Made by a program: the position numbers and the translations under genes | The notes under the pieces: model-generated | The model's input: only the letters and a program-made list of their open reading frames with translations | Databases searched by the model: none | Told to the model about the DNA's origin: nothing | Assembly (NCBI GenBank): GCA_017654855.1 | Contig: CM030332.1 | Coordinates: 6,758,001 to 6,822,000 of the forward strand | Source: Podospora anserina | Lineage: Eukaryota | Direction of reading: 5' to 3' | Length of the DNA: 64,000 nucleotides | In this document: piece after piece, positions 1 to 12,439 of the stretch | Layout of the letters: every line of letters starts with the position of its first letter | Position numbering within the stretch: the first letter of the stretch is position 1

Positions 1-1427
1 TCCCAAGGCGTCCAGAACGAAATCACCGGCATCAAGATTGCCATCTGCCAAATATGTCAGTCGATGTTACTGCCTGGATGAAGGGTTGCTTTACGTGTGG
101 CGTGTCCGGTCATCTTTCCTCCTTTCATGGCGACAAAGACACCATTAGAATCCGTCCAGGAAGATCTCAGTGATACCCAAGCGCCACTGGGGTCAGAGAA
201 AGCCTTGTCCAGAGGCAGATGATCGTGCCATTCCCCCTTGAGAGAAGATTCATACCAGAGCATTGACAACGGATCAGCCGCATCAGGCCTGTCCCTCTGA
301 AACAAACCATACTCAGGAATGCCGTACTCCCTCCCATAAAAGAATAGCGAATTCGCCGTAGCAGTAATCTTGGACGGACCGCAATCCCTATAATTGAACT
401 TTTCCGTCATCCCGATATTATGAATATGAAACATGCCCGTCTCCCGAAACTTGGGATGGCTGTCCAACATCCCAAAGGTACTCCCCAACGATGTTAACAA
501 CGCCGACGAAAGCTGTGCATGCGCCTGCGTCCCAAAATGCCAATAATCCGGCGTCTCAGCCCACGTCCCGCTCTCGTCAACACTCTTGCCACAGTGCTGC
601 TCTGCGTTTTCCACCGCCCTCCCCAACAAGCTTCTCGCCACACCACTGGTGTCATCCCCCAACACCGCCAACGCCCCCACAATCATCCCACCCGCAGTAA
701 CACAGTTCCAGTTCCCCGTCACCCCCAGAAACCACTCCTTCCTCTCAAAGCTCTCCAACCCCTTTCTCAGGCCTAAATCAACAACACTCCATCTTATCCC
801 CTCTCTCTCCTCAGCTGTCCATGCGTCATAAAGCCAGTCATACGCAATCCCAAACGCGACCAGAAACTCGCCTACATCCAGCCAATGATCCGTGTTCCAG
901 CTGTCGCCTGGCGTCCCAAACGAAGCACCGGTAGAGTTCCCGGCTGTGTGGACGATTTCTTTCCAAATGCGATCTTTCCACTTGGGGTCGTTGGTCAACC
1001 GGTAGGCGTAAGCCCAGTGCTTGATCCTGAGCTGGACAGTCCTCGCGATGTCGAGGATCCCACTCGTTCCGTCTTTTTTGTAGTCTGGAGGAGGTAAAGA
1101 GAGCATCTCGTCGGCTTGGCGGAAGATGGTTCTGTTCCACTTTGAAAGGTATTCATCACCTGGTATTTGGTCCGGAAGGGAGGCCCATTTTGACGTGTTG
1201 GCGAAGAGGCGGGGATGGGTGGGTTCAAGATGGTGGCCAAGAATCTGGATGGTGGCCTCTTCGTTGTCTGTACTGGCGGCGGTGGGCAGTGGCAATGGTG
1301 TCTGCAAGGTTGCAGTCACCAGCGACGACCGTAAATAAAACGTCAGGGTGATGGTCGACATCGCCAGTGCTGCTGCCACAACGACTGCCCCCGGTACTCG
1401 TGCGCGCGGAGAGGATTGCCAAGACAT
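1..1427 (-). CDS. Heparinase II/III-like polysaccharide lyase family protein with N-terminal membrane anchor (3' end runs off window)
   Basis: ATG at 1427 (MSWQSS), hydrophobic N-terminal segment, motifs NWNCV..GG and WAETPDYWHFG. Intron 45-94 (GTAAAG..CTGAC..CAG) joins to HGNLDAGDFVLDALG, typical of heparinase II/III-like proteins. Confidence 0.75.
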
Positions 1428-2102
1428 GGTGATAGCTTCAGATGGGTGGGCCCTCAAAAAGCAACCCTCTCAACCTTCAGCACCAGCTGGGAGATGACCG
1501 AAAGAATGATGCAAAACTCGGCAGGGAAAAGAGAGAAAACAGGCTTTTGCTCACGATCCGGCCATCCTTTCATCACGCGGTTCGTCCATTTACGACCCTC
1601 TTGCCATGTCGCTTCTCAGCTCTGCACGAATAGCCCCGTCTGTACTGCAGCAACACGCCACCCCCGGAGCCGCTCCCCGGACTGGTGTAACCGAACTTTG
1701 ATTCCTCCCATCCCCACTCGCCTTAACACCACGGGAAGTGGCGGTCACGATCCCGCGCGAACAAACATTTTGCTGATTCCGAGTTCCGGGAACAACGGTC
1801 TCGAGGTGCATCGGAGGATCGCATCAATGGCTGGCTTGCTGCGCCGGACGCTCCCTAGCACCTATGACGTGGCCGAGTGAGTACAAGTCGCGGGGGGTTC
1901 GTTTGCATTGTTCTACCATCGCGCCACAAGAAAAATGGGTTGGTGCTGGGAGGAATAACGCCGAGCTCGGCTTCAGCGGCCAACGTGGGAACGACATGGA
2001 GAGATCTTCGCGACGGCAGCAAAATGTCCCGAGAGGATGGTGCAGAGGTCAAATATCATCAAGATTGATACAAAAAATCAATTGACAAAAATAATCACAA
2101 AT

Positions 2103-2176
2103 CTCCTCCGGGAAGGCTCGAACTTCCAACCTCCTGATTAACAGTCAGACGCGCTAGCCAATTGCGCCACAGAGGA
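2103..2176 (-). tRNA. tRNA-Asn (GTT)
   Basis: Reverse complement TCCTCTGTGGCGCAATTGGCTAGCGCGTCTGACT-GTT-AATCAGGAGGTTGGAAGTTCGAGCCTTCCCGGAGGAG folds into a cloverleaf with a paired acceptor stem and a TTCGA T-loop. T-runs follow downstream. Confidence 0.95.
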
Positions 2177-2917
2177 TTATTGCTTTGCTTTGGCGACGAG
2201 GAAAACAGCCTCAGGTGTGGAGCACGAAGCAGCTACTGCCAGCTCAAAACCTTCAAACATCAACCATGATCAAAGAGCGAAACAATAACCCGAATACATC
2301 TGCAAATTTAGAGTCGTTTTTGCTTTGTTCTTTGTTACGGCTATATATCTGTGATACTCGTTGTCCGGTCAACAGTGGAGTCGTTGATTACCCCTGAACA
2401 AGCCACCGAGTCCCTGAATCCACCTTGCCTCGGGTTGATATTGAGGATGCAGAACAGCAAAAAACAGCTCGAAGAGCATGTCGGATGCCGAAGGCTGTGA
2501 ACACTTTGGGCATCAACGGCAGTGCCAACCCGTAGCTGCAATTGCACAAACACCACAGCTCTCGTGCTAGTATTCTCAACAAACAAAACCGTGGTCACCC
2601 GATACTATGGTTCCCAGTCTTGCGGTCAGACAAGAGACAAGTAGATAGAAACGCACCACGCTTCCATGCACGTGTCGTGAAACCAATGCCCGGCATAAAT
2701 AGCTTCTCTACATCGTTGATTCGCTTCTGTGCTTCGTCAATGACGTACAAGTATGCGGGGAAGAGCAGTGGAAGTAATAGTACCTTCCTCATCAAGCTCA
2801 CAACCACATGGCTGGTGTCACAGACGTGAGACCTGTAGAGCTAGTTATCTCATAACTCACTGAACATTACTTTATGCTGCGTAATAATGCCATTATCAAT
2901 ATGAATCTCTGCCCCCC

Positions 2918-5127
2918 TCAAGCCCGAGCTGCCGCAGCGTCGTACAGCGCCTGTATGTCGGCTTTCCATTGCGTTACATCCACACGCACCACGCGACGGT
3001 CGTAGGTCACAAGCCCATTGACCTCCCCTTCCACGTCCGACGTTTGAGTGTACACAGCACCACTGCATGCAAAGTGCTCAACCTGCTGTCGTAGCAAGTC
3101 GAACAACACATGTGCACGGTAGTTGTAAGATGCCTCATCGGCATGCATCTCATACGTTTCATTGATCGTCCTAACGGCCGCTTGCACCGGCCAGAGACTG
3201 CGTGCATGTCAGATGGGAAGTCATTGCAGCGATGGTGCCACTCACTGTTCATCCAACGGTCGGTGGCCGAGTCCTCCATACTCTCCTTGGAATCCAATCC
3301 GGCTGGAGTCATATGGTGTGTTTGGCAGCGAGTAGAATGGTGTACCGCACTGGGGATCGGCATAATGGTGATTATCCTGGCTCGGAATTAGAAACGGATG
3401 CAAAGTTACTCGGGATTTCGCTCACATGATAATCCCCAGCTCCGTGATCATGCCACCCTGTTACGGAATTAATCAGCCGTGTTGGATCAAGCTGTCGAAT
3501 GCGGTCCGTGATATGAAACTCTGGATAGCGATCCGTAATTTGGCCCCAGCCTTCGTTGTAGATGACCCAGGTGACAATGCTTGGGTAATTTCTGTGTTCC
3601 TTGATCATGATTTCGAGCTGACGTTCAAACTCGGCTTGTTCGGCATCAGTTGGTCGAGCATTGGTGTGGACCCTCATGGAAGGCATGTCTTGCATGACCA
3701 GCAGACCGAGCCGATCACATGCCTCGTAAAAGAGGTCCGGCTCAATTTTGATCTGGCAATGTCAGTCATGCCCGAAAAGTTGCCCCCGTACAGGCTCATC
3801 TCACTCATGCTTACATGTTTGCGAACCAAGTTCATGCCAAGACTTTTGACAAGCTCCAGATCGTACACCATTGCTTCGAGAGTCGGTGGCAGATGAAGGC
3901 CATCTGGCCAATATCCCTGATCAAGAGGCCCGAAAAGGTAAACGAATTTCCCATTCAGAAGAGGCCTTTTGATTCCATTGACGACTCCTGTGGAGATGGT
4001 CCGGAATCCCGTGTAACTCTCAATCAAGTCATCACCCATTTTGACCGTGACATTGTAGAGAGTAGGTGTTTCAGGGAACCAGAGTTGTGGGCCAGGGACA
4101 TTGAACACAAACTGCCGGTCTGACTCTGCATCGAATCGCCCTACCACTTCCCCTGATTTCGTGGATACCTCAATGCTAATCGGGGTGGATTGGTTCTGGG
4201 AACTATGTACGGTGAAAGTTACTGTTGAATTTCATCAGCCGCTGTCAATTTTCAAGGTGTCATCAAGCGTCGGACTTGCCGTCGCCGTTCATGTTGGCCG
4301 TCAGATCCAATGACTTGATATGATTGTTGGAAGCGCTCTCAAGCCATACTGTCTGCCAAATACCGCTGCAGGGCGTGTAGAAAATGTGCGAGAGACGTTT
4401 GGTCTGCTTCCCTTGTGGGATGCTTTGATCGTCTGTTGGATCGAAGACAAACACCTTGCTATACCACAGATCAGCATCAGAAATTTCTCAAACACCGTGA
4501 TTGTCCGACTTGCAGCTCGTTTGGTCCGTCAAAGTTGATCTTCTCAGTGACATCCAAGCTGAACCGAAAATATCCACCACGATGAAACGCGAGCTGGACG
4601 CCATTGATAAACACCGTTGCTTCGTAGTCCACTGCTTCGAAATTCAACAAAACACGTTTCCCACCTCTCCACTCGAGAGGGATCGTAAAGGTCGTGCCAA
4701 ACCACATGTGCGTCATGCCCTCGGTCATGATCCCGGAGATGCCACTTTCGATGCAAGAGGGGATCAAAACCTCTTGGCGAAGGGGCAATCGAGGCGGACT
4801 CTTGACATCCCCAGCTCCTTGAGCTGACTGGTAGGTCCATATTCCGTTCAGCGACCGCCATGGCTCGCGACGGAGTTGAGGACGTGGATACTGCGGCCAG
4901 GGGCTTGTGCCAACCTTGTCAGTCCATGGTGTGTCAAGGTGAGGGCGTAGGAGCTGGTACGGAGCAGCTGCATGGGCTGAAGGGGCAGCCGTCGCGTCAG
5001 AGTCTCCAATCGTTTTTGTCGCTGTCACCAAAACTGTCGTAAAGATGGTGTAGGCATCCTGAGGCCCGGCGGTGACAGCGAGTGCCAAGAAGACCAAACA
5101 GAGGTGGGCGTAAAGTAAGATAGGCAT
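2918..5127 (-). CDS. Secreted glycoside hydrolase family 2 (beta-galactosidase/glucuronidase-like), 6 exons
   Basis: Signal peptide MPILLYAHLCLVFLALAVTA. Motifs YPRPQLRR, LNFEAVDYEA, GPLDQGYWPDG, VRKHIKIEP, WVIYNEGWGQ (acid/base), GEYGG and YTQTSDVEGEVNGL. Five introns reconstructed in frame, two with GC donors (4459-4513, 4222-4279). Confidence 0.9.
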
Positions 5128-6216
5128 GTTCCTACAGCAATGATGAAGTAGTGCGGCTGGCAGCAAGCGTCTCTCGCCGGAGAAGAAAAGTCAAGAGGAC
5201 CTTTATAGTGCTCGAGTCAAACCCACAAGCGGGCCGTTGAAAAGCGAGTCGTGTCATCTCAACGTGGTTCGGTCCGTCGTCGGGAGCTTAATCTAACAAT
5301 TGGGCCGACAACGTCCCCCAAGTCAACTCCAAGAAGGTGTAAACCCGTCACAAGACCACCTCACTCATGGATGAGGACTGTACTCTCCCAGATGATCGGC
5401 CAGTCATGCGGCAACATGCCGTGTTCTAAGCGGCAGGGACGGCATGTGTATCTTACCCATCTCAAATACATGGCATGGCCGGCCGCGTGCTCGATGTTTG
5501 CTTCTGTGGGTGGCGTACCGGATTCACAACCTCCACTCAGACTGTTCAGTTAGCCCAATTACGAGTCTTGTGTTGGGGTCAGCCTGGTATAGCCCGCCAA
5601 CAGCGGGTTAGGTCGTATCAGTCCCACCACATTTCTGGTGTACCCTGAGGGGTTGCATTGCCATGAGGTGAGACAGCACGTATGACAAGTCGGCCGCGGT
5701 GAGAATGGGGGTCGGCACCCCCAACCACGACCGCGCGCGCGATATGCAGGCCCAGGCATTACCGTGTCGGAAACAGTAAGCAGCTTGGATTCTGAGACAG
5801 CGCCAAGATTTGATTGTATTTCGGTCAACAGGTCAAGAACGACGCTGTAAGGGCGGAGCACCTTGGAGGCTGCGCCAGCAATCGACAGCAGGCACGCATG
5901 GCACGTCTGATGCTGGGGCCCAAGGGCCTGCCAGCAGCTGCATCTCGCCAACTGAGGCAGATCCACCGACCGCTGCATGTTGGTCACTGGTGGAGAGCAG
6001 TGTTGAAATATCAGACATATAGGTAACCGGTAATAAGTTTACAAGACGATTCCCAAGGTATATCACCCTCGCCTCATCCCCTGTCGGTCGTGTCTGGTGG
6101 CCTGCACACTGCTTGGAAAACTTCATCTGATATTTCAAGCGACATGGACCTGACCAAGCTCCTGGTGGTTGCTATGCTTTCACGCCATGTTTAGACAGAT
6201 AGCCCAGTTCCCTTGC

Positions 6217-9200
6217 TCATCTCAGAACCACCATTTCTGGCGGATATTCCGTGGGCCGCAGCTCACCCAGCATCACTCCATGCACGTAGCAGCCCCCCAT
6301 CAACACATGCTCATCTCCTTCCAAAGGCCCAACTATCGGTGCTTGTTTCCCAGGCTCTCTCAACAGCAGCTCTTGATGTCGCAACGCCGATCGCATAACC
6401 AGCGGCAAAGGGGTGCCCCATGCCATCACAATGCTATCGCCAACCCGACTCCTTGGAGGAACGATCCCGAATCTCCCGCCCTTCGTGACGCAGAAGCTCT
6501 TACCCCCAATCGACCGACCGAGCTCGAAACCGAGCTTCTCATGAGCCTTGCCGTCCGCCTGTCTTTGGTATCCCTTCGCCGTGAGGAGACCCTCACAAGT
6601 AGCCACGTGTTGGAAAAGAACGGACGTGTCCATCGGGGGCAAGGACCCCGTGGCATAATCGCAGAATATCGTCCGGTACAGCGCCTCTACCAATCCATCC
6701 TCAGAGATCGGTTCTTCGCGCGCGAGCGCATCCCTGTGGAGCTGAGCTGCGAAGCTCTTTGCCTCTAGAACGAAGGCACGTATGTTGTTGAAAATGGTTG
6801 TTGGGCGTTGCATCAACTCTACTGCCGTCAAAAAGGGCTTTCCCAGCAATTCGATTTCGTCCACGATAGATAATGAGGCTCGTATGCAATTGGGTCGACC
6901 CGGGATCTCCTCAAAGAGTTTTGTGCCATGCGCACCAGCACTGTATCCAACAGGTTCCATAGCAGGCAGTTGAAACCTGCTCAGTGTCCAGTGAGGCACC
7001 CACGATGGGAGACTCGGCAGTGATGCAGGCGCTTTCCACCACGGCACCCGCCTCATCCATAGCACAATGCACGACCAGGGCGAAGCCGCCCAGATATGGT
7101 CATCAACAACGTCAAGCCCAGATGGCTCGAAGCCCCAGCCGGCGAGACCCAATCGTTCGGCAGGCTCATGGCGACCAATCAAGATGTGCTTGGCACTGTC
7201 GCGCAATAAATCTCCAGCAGGCAGAATCGTGTCGTCGTACTCGATATTGATATGCTGGCGGGTTTCTTGCTGCGTCAGGCCAAGGACGGCATAGATCTTG
7301 TCCTTGATATTCGAAGCCGAGAGGTCCGTTGTCAGGCCAAGCAAAGTATCCAGTGGGAGACGACGGACACGGTCTTGATCCCACTCCTGGCTGACGGGCT
7401 CGGACCGGGGATTTCCTTCGGCGTTCCACCCGGCGACTTGGTTTCGGACCAAGCTCATTACATGGGCTCCTTTGACGCCAAGGATGGTGGTCGGAAAATT
7501 GTACCAAACGGTCCAGAACCCAGGTTCGTGAAGGAATGGCTCACCATCGCTCCCCATCATGAAGTTCACGAGGGGACAGATATCATCCCAGTCGGCTTCC
7601 TCAGCTCCATGCTTTACCACGACCTTTCTCCCCAGGGCTACTTCCTGCAACATCCACATGCGGCGAAAGTATGGCTGCTTAAACAGCTCAATAACTCTCA
7701 GCCAAGTGGTAAGGATCGTCCACGGCCATAGTTCTACCGTGATTCTCTCATATTCGAAGTTGTCCATGGTTTCTGGGTCTCGACAGGCGGTCTTGTTGAT
7801 GAAAGAGAGGGCACCTCGTCCATTGGCCGTACCCCCAACCCAGGCGATGACTTGGCTCGCATTACGGTAGATGGTCCCCATCAACGCAACTTGGTTGGAC
7901 TTTTCATCCAGGTCTTCAACGGAGGCAGGCTTGTCGGCTGACGCGTGTTCATGACCCTGGTTAATGCAGATGGCATCGATCCAGACATACCTACCCCTGT
8001 CCTTGGTCTGCAGGGCGTGAAGAAGCTCAAAGACGGTTCTCGTGACCAAGAAACGCTTGCCGTCAATGACAATGGGAAAGTTTCGTCCTTCATTTCCCCA
8101 CCGGTATGAGATTGCCTCGTATGCTTCCTTGCTGCGGTGCTCTCCTAGCGGTACGCTCACCAGCCAACAGCGAACGAGGTTGTCGCCAGAGATCGGTTCC
8201 AGCCGCAACAGCCTAAACTCGGCGTTGTTGGCGTCAAGAGGCGTGTAAGTGTATTGTTCGAGGCCCCGAGTCTTGAATTTACAAACCAGGCGGACAGCAC
8301 GCGTTCTGACTGAGGCTTCTAGATCAAGAATGAAAACCATAAACCGTCGTACCTCTCGAATAACGGGTCTAGGCCAGTGCGTAACACTCTGGACTATAGT
8401 AGACTGGCAGTTGTACATTTGATGGTAACAAAATCCAGCAGTCAATGCGGAAACCGCGGGCAGTCTGAGCCAAATGCTGGGGAAGATCCAGCGAATGGTT
8501 TCGTAAGTAGCTCGAAGGAACAACGTCACCAGGATGAACGGGGAGGCGGTCAGATACTTCAGCCAGTGTTCCAACTCGAGGTCAAGCGTATACTCCTCGA
8601 CAAGCTTTGCCAGCGGGATCTCTGTGGAAGAGGCATCAGGCCATGTGATAGACGTTGCTTGACGCAAGCCAAGGAGGAAGTGGATGGTGTTCAATCCTCC
8701 TAGCGTGGTCACCAGTGGGAAGATGAGCATGCCCCCAATGGCGCGGTAAAGATCATCTCCAGCGTAGGATATGATTGCATGAACATAGAAATCCAAGGCA
8801 TAGCGTGTCTGCCACTTCGGGCCGAGAAGTTCCCACAACAACAAGTCCCCCGGGAAGGTAATAAGAGCTCTGTAAACATTTTCTCCGATAGTGACCAGGA
8901 CTCTGATGTCACGGACTTTCTTCGGCTCAAGCGGAAGCTGTCTTGGTTGCTCGGGGGCAGGATTGAAGGAGGCCAGGATATTTTGGAGGAACTGCGAGCT
9001 AATCCTGTCGAAGATTGCAGCGTCGATGTAAGGAGGCAGGTCTTCGTGGGACTGGTTTGCCGAGTGCAGTGATTGGAGGAGGAGTTGATACGCAAGAGAC
9101 TGCGTATTCCTCCAGCTCTCTATTTGTCCACTAGATAAGATGTTAGCCAACTGCTCTCGCGGCGCAGCAATCTCGTTGTCGTCGTCGAGGGGGTTGTCAT

Positions 9201-9303
9201 CGTGCTGATCCCCCGGCTGGTCGGATATTTCCGTTGGAGGATGCGATGGGTCATGCGCTTCCTCCTCCTCACTTCCGTTTTTGCTGAGGTGTTCTTCCTG
9301 CAT
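6217..9303 (-). CDS. HET-domain (heterokaryon incompatibility, HET-6-like) protein with N-terminal hydrophobic extension
   Basis: Intronless 1028 aa ORF. HET blocks YEAISYRWG, WIDAICINQ, EKSNQVALMGTIYRNA, YFRRMWMLQEV and DKIYAVLGL. It also has LPSWVP and a C-terminal FCVTKGGRFGIVP..GGCYVHGVM. Confidence 0.9.
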   Translation of the reverse strand: MQEEHLSKNGSEEEEAHDPSHPPTEISDQPGDQHDDNPLDDDNEIAAPREQLANILSSGQIESWRNTQSLAYQLLLQSLHSANQSHEDLPPYIDAAIFDRISSQFLQNILASFNPAPEQPRQLPLEPKKVRDIRVLVTIGENVYRALITFPGDLLLWELLGPKWQTRYALDFYVHAIISYAGDDLYRAIGGMLIFPLVTTLGGLNTIHFLLGLRQATSITWPDASSTEIPLAKLVEEYTLDLELEHWLKYLTASPFILVTLFLRATYETIRWIFPSIWLRLPAVSALTAGFCYHQMYNCQSTIVQSVTHWPRPVIREVRRFMVFILDLEASVRTRAVRLVCKFKTRGLEQYTYTPLDANNAEFRLLRLEPISGDNLVRCWLVSVPLGEHRSKEAYEAISYRWGNEGRNFPIVIDGKRFLVTRTVFELLHALQTKDRGRYVWIDAICINQGHEHASADKPASVEDLDEKSNQVALMGTIYRNASQVIAWVGGTANGRGALSFINKTACRDPETMDNFEYERITVELWPWTILTTWLRVIELFKQPYFRRMWMLQEVALGRKVVVKHGAEEADWDDICPLVNFMMGSDGEPFLHEPGFWTVWYNFPTTILGVKGAHVMSLVRNQVAGWNAEGNPRSEPVSQEWDQDRVRRLPLDTLLGLTTDLSASNIKDKIYAVLGLTQQETRQHINIEYDDTILPAGDLLRDSAKHILIGRHEPAERLGLAGWGFEPSGLDVVDDHIWAASPWSCIVLWMRRVPWWKAPASLPSLPSWVPHWTLSRFQLPAMEPVGYSAGAHGTKLFEEIPGRPNCIRASLSIVDEIELLGKPFLTAVELMQRPTTIFNNIRAFVLEAKSFAAQLHRDALAREEPISEDGLVEALYRTIFCDYATGSLPPMDTSVLFQHVATCEGLLTAKGYQRQADGKAHEKLGFELGRSIGGKSFCVTKGGRFGIVPPRSRVGDSIVMAWGTPLPLVMRSALRHQELLLREPGKQAPIVGPLEGDEHVLMGGCYVHGVMLGELRPTEYPPEMVVLR

Positions 9304-9591
9304 TCTGGTCCGAGTCTGAGTTCACACCGTCAGCGAGCGGGGGGATGGATGCGGAGTCTTGGGGAGGAAAGAATGCGACGCAACGGCGGAGATCACATAT
9401 ACATAAACCTGGAAGCCATGCCTCAGGATGTCGGCTGATTGGAACATGCAGGAAAGCCCAACATTACTTTCTACAGTGCGGCTGGACTTGAACGCAGCGC
9501 TAAACGGATGGGCAGTGCAGGATGCCCTTGGCAGCCCTAGACAGGGGACAATCCGGAGAATCTGTTCCCATTGCCAATAGAAAAAGAACCC

Positions 9592-10566
9592 TCACATGTA
9601 ATCTCTCGTCCTCTCCTCACACCAGTCCCAGAACTCTCCTGCAAGGCCCAGTCCGCCTTCCTCTTTTCTCTTTGCTCCTTCAACAATGTCTTGTCTCAAG
9701 TTCGCCAGCCTCCCAAAAGGAACGACATAACACCCACTATTGTTGACCGTTATATCCGGGGAGATGCCGGCAAATAGTTGCGTATGTGCTGCCAATTTTG
9801 CAGTGTACATGAGTGGCCATGCCAGGTACGGAAGCAAAGGTGTGTGGCGAAATAGGTTCGTGGCAGCGGCTCCTGGGTTGAGCGACACGCTCACGATCCC
9901 CGACGTGCTGGCTGGATGACGATGCGCAAGCTCGGCAGACAAGAAGATATTTCCTGTTTTGGAGTTGGTGTAATTCCTGCCCTTGTCATTCGGTGGTGGT
10001 GAACGTATTTCGTCCATTATGAGACCCCCCTTGGGGGCGCTCAACTCGGCCATTTGGCTGCTGGTCCATATGACGCGGACGCTTCCTGGTGCTGCCGAGG
10101 ATGCGGTCTGCTGAAGAAGGGGGAGTAGAAACTGAGTGAGTAGGAATGGTCCAAGACAGTTGGTTGCAAGTTGCAATTCAACGCCCTGCTTTGAGACGCT
10201 CCCTAGCGGAGGCTGCGAAACACCTGCATTGTGAAATAGGAGGTCGAGGCGCGATTCCTTCGCCTTGAATGCGTCGGCGCATGACTTGATCGTCCTCAGG
10301 TCATCCAGTTCAACGTGAAGAAAGTCGAGGGTGCCGGTGGACGAAGGGTTCGCTGCTTGGATTGCTTGAATAGCATCGCGTGCGTTCTTTTCTGACCTGC
10401 CTGCGATATACACGCGTGCATTCTTGCGGTAAAGCATGGTAGAAATCTCCAAACCAATTCCTGAGGCGCCTCCCGTGATCAAGATAACCTTGCCATCTTG
10501 TGTCACAAGGTCCGCCTCGGTGTATGTGGGCTTTGGCGGGAAGAACTGTGACCATTGACCACCCAT
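9592..10566 (-). CDS. Short-chain dehydrogenase/reductase (retinol dehydrogenase-like subtype)
   Basis: ATG at 10566 (MGGQWSQFFPPKP). TGGASGIG Rossmann motif, HNAGV, NCLGPFLLT and catalytic YTNSK. Confidence 0.92.
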   Translation of the reverse strand: MGGQWSQFFPPKPTYTEADLVTQDGKVILITGGASGIGLEISTMLYRKNARVYIAGRSEKNARDAIQAIQAANPSSTGTLDFLHVELDDLRTIKSCADAFKAKESRLDLLFHNAGVSQPPLGSVSKQGVELQLATNCLGPFLLTQFLLPLLQQTASSAAPGSVRVIWTSSQMAELSAPKGGLIMDEIRSPPPNDKGRNYTNSKTGNIFLSAELAHRHPASTSGIVSVSLNPGAAATNLFRHTPLLPYLAWPLMYTAKLAAHTQLFAGISPDITVNNSGCYVVPFGRLANLRQDIVEGAKRKEEGGLGLAGEFWDWCEERTRDYM

Positions 10567-10732
10567 GGTGGGTCGATGATGCTTTGAAGTTTGTTGCGAG
10601 TTGTGGGGAAAATAAATTACGAGCAAGCTCCTCAAAAATAAGCCCGTTGGTAGTGGTTGATTTTGTCAGACCCATGCTCCTGGAGTCCTGGGCCTGTTGG
10701 TTGTCCCCATTGCGACGCTGCGAACTTGTGTA

Positions 10733-12439
10733 CTAGGACGAGGCCGAGGATTTCATCTCCGCCGTCCACAAGCCTTCCTTCAACTTGAAGTTCACAAATA
10801 TCTCGTTCTTCTCAACCAATATAAAAGTTCTCAGCTTTTCCCATTGGGTTTTCCTGTGTTCTGTTGGCGGCTTCAAATCAAACTCCCATACCAATCTGGC
10901 CAAAATCAAACGCATCTGGGCCATGCCGAGATGGAGACCAATGCAGATCCTGGGCCCGAAAGAGAAAGGATGATAAGATTGGCGCCGGTCATTGAAGAAA
11001 GGCGATTGCGGATCAGTTTTAGCTTCAGGAAGGTACCGCTCGGGGAGAAATGACAAATGATCGTGGAAATTGTTTGGGTCACGGCCCATGGCGTAGGTGA
11101 GAATGGAAACCGCGGTCTGAAAATTGTTAGCAACGAAAGGGCTTACACACTCTCGGCAGTTTACTTACACGCCCAGGTAGTGGTATCCCACAAACAACTG
11201 AGCCCCCATTAGCCGCCACTCTGGGTGGAAGCCAAGGAACTGGCGGACACAGGCGCAACCCCTCGTCGATCACGGCATTAAGATAGAGCATGCCTTTCAA
11301 CCTCTCCAAAGTCATCTCGTGTGGGTTTGAGAAATGGCTGCGAATCTCGTGTGTGAGGATAGAAAGCTTGCTAGGATTCTGAGCAAGATAATTCACAATC
11401 CCGCACAAGGTGGTTGCGACGGTCTCACTACCAGCAATCGTGAGCACCATAAACGTTGCGTTGACGTGATCCATGGTAAGTCCCTCCAGGCCATCACTTT
11501 CTATCTGGTTGATCGCGTGGGACATGATGTCAGATCGTGTGGACTCCAGGTTCAGTCGACGCTCAACTTTCTCTGAAACGACTCGGACGTGATCAAGAAC
11601 CTTGTTCTTCAGCGATGCCGGAATGAGATACTTGAGTGCCGATGCGAAAAGAGGATAAAACAGGGCAGCAGCAGCAAATGCTCCTGCTTTTGGTGTGTTT
11701 GTTAGGAGCTCAATCCAGGAATGATACCGCGATGTGTGCAGACAATCGAATGATTCTCCAAATGCCAGATCACCCAGCATATCAAAGGTGACGAAGTTGA
11801 ACCACGGAACGACATCAATCTCAACGCCCTTTGCGCCGTTTTTTTCGGTTGTGACAAGGTCTCGAAGCCGATCCATCAACAATGTGATGTATTGTTGTAG
11901 GATGGGCTCTTGACCTCGTAGCGCCGACGTGGTAAATGCTGGTGCAATCAACCTTCGAACTCGGCCATGGAGATCAAGGTCAACAATGTTGACGATCCCT
12001 TGGGCTTTTAAGCCAGGAATAGACCACCGACCATCTTTGGGTAATGGCGGTGTGCGACCTGGCTGAAGAATGTCGGTCCAAGCATCGGGTGTTGTGAAAG
12101 ATAACTCGCTTGGGGCAACGCGAACAACCGGCCCATATCTATGATGAAGTTTTTCAAAATCGTGAACGATGGTCCCGCTCACAAGTGCCCAGACGTATCG
12201 GAGTCGAAGTGCTCCCCAGCTTCTGGGACCGGGCACTCCGGCAAGTGGATGAAAATACAAGTTGTAGATGATATTAAGCGCCAGCCAGATCTGCTCGATG
12301 GGTCAACACAGCATTTTGGCAGTGCCAGTACCAGCAAACATGTACGTACCATGAGAAAGGAGAATGTCCACATTATAAACCAAGAACTTTCTACTCCTGC
12401 CATCGGCGCTAGAGTCGTTGACGGTGTTTGAGATGACAT
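10733..12439 (-). CDS. Cytochrome P450 monooxygenase (secondary-metabolism type, TRI11-like style), 3 exons
   Basis: Introns 12291-12349 and 11117-11168 give a continuous frame. HPLAGVPGP, AGSETVAT (I-helix), EGLR, PERY and heme motif FSFGPRICIG are present. Confidence 0.93.

Noticed and set aside
2595-2807. 70-aa minus-strand ORF containing YVIDEAQ (Walker-B-like)
   Set aside because: Short, no other NTPase motif, no clean start, and it lies in the GH2 3' region; probably chance.
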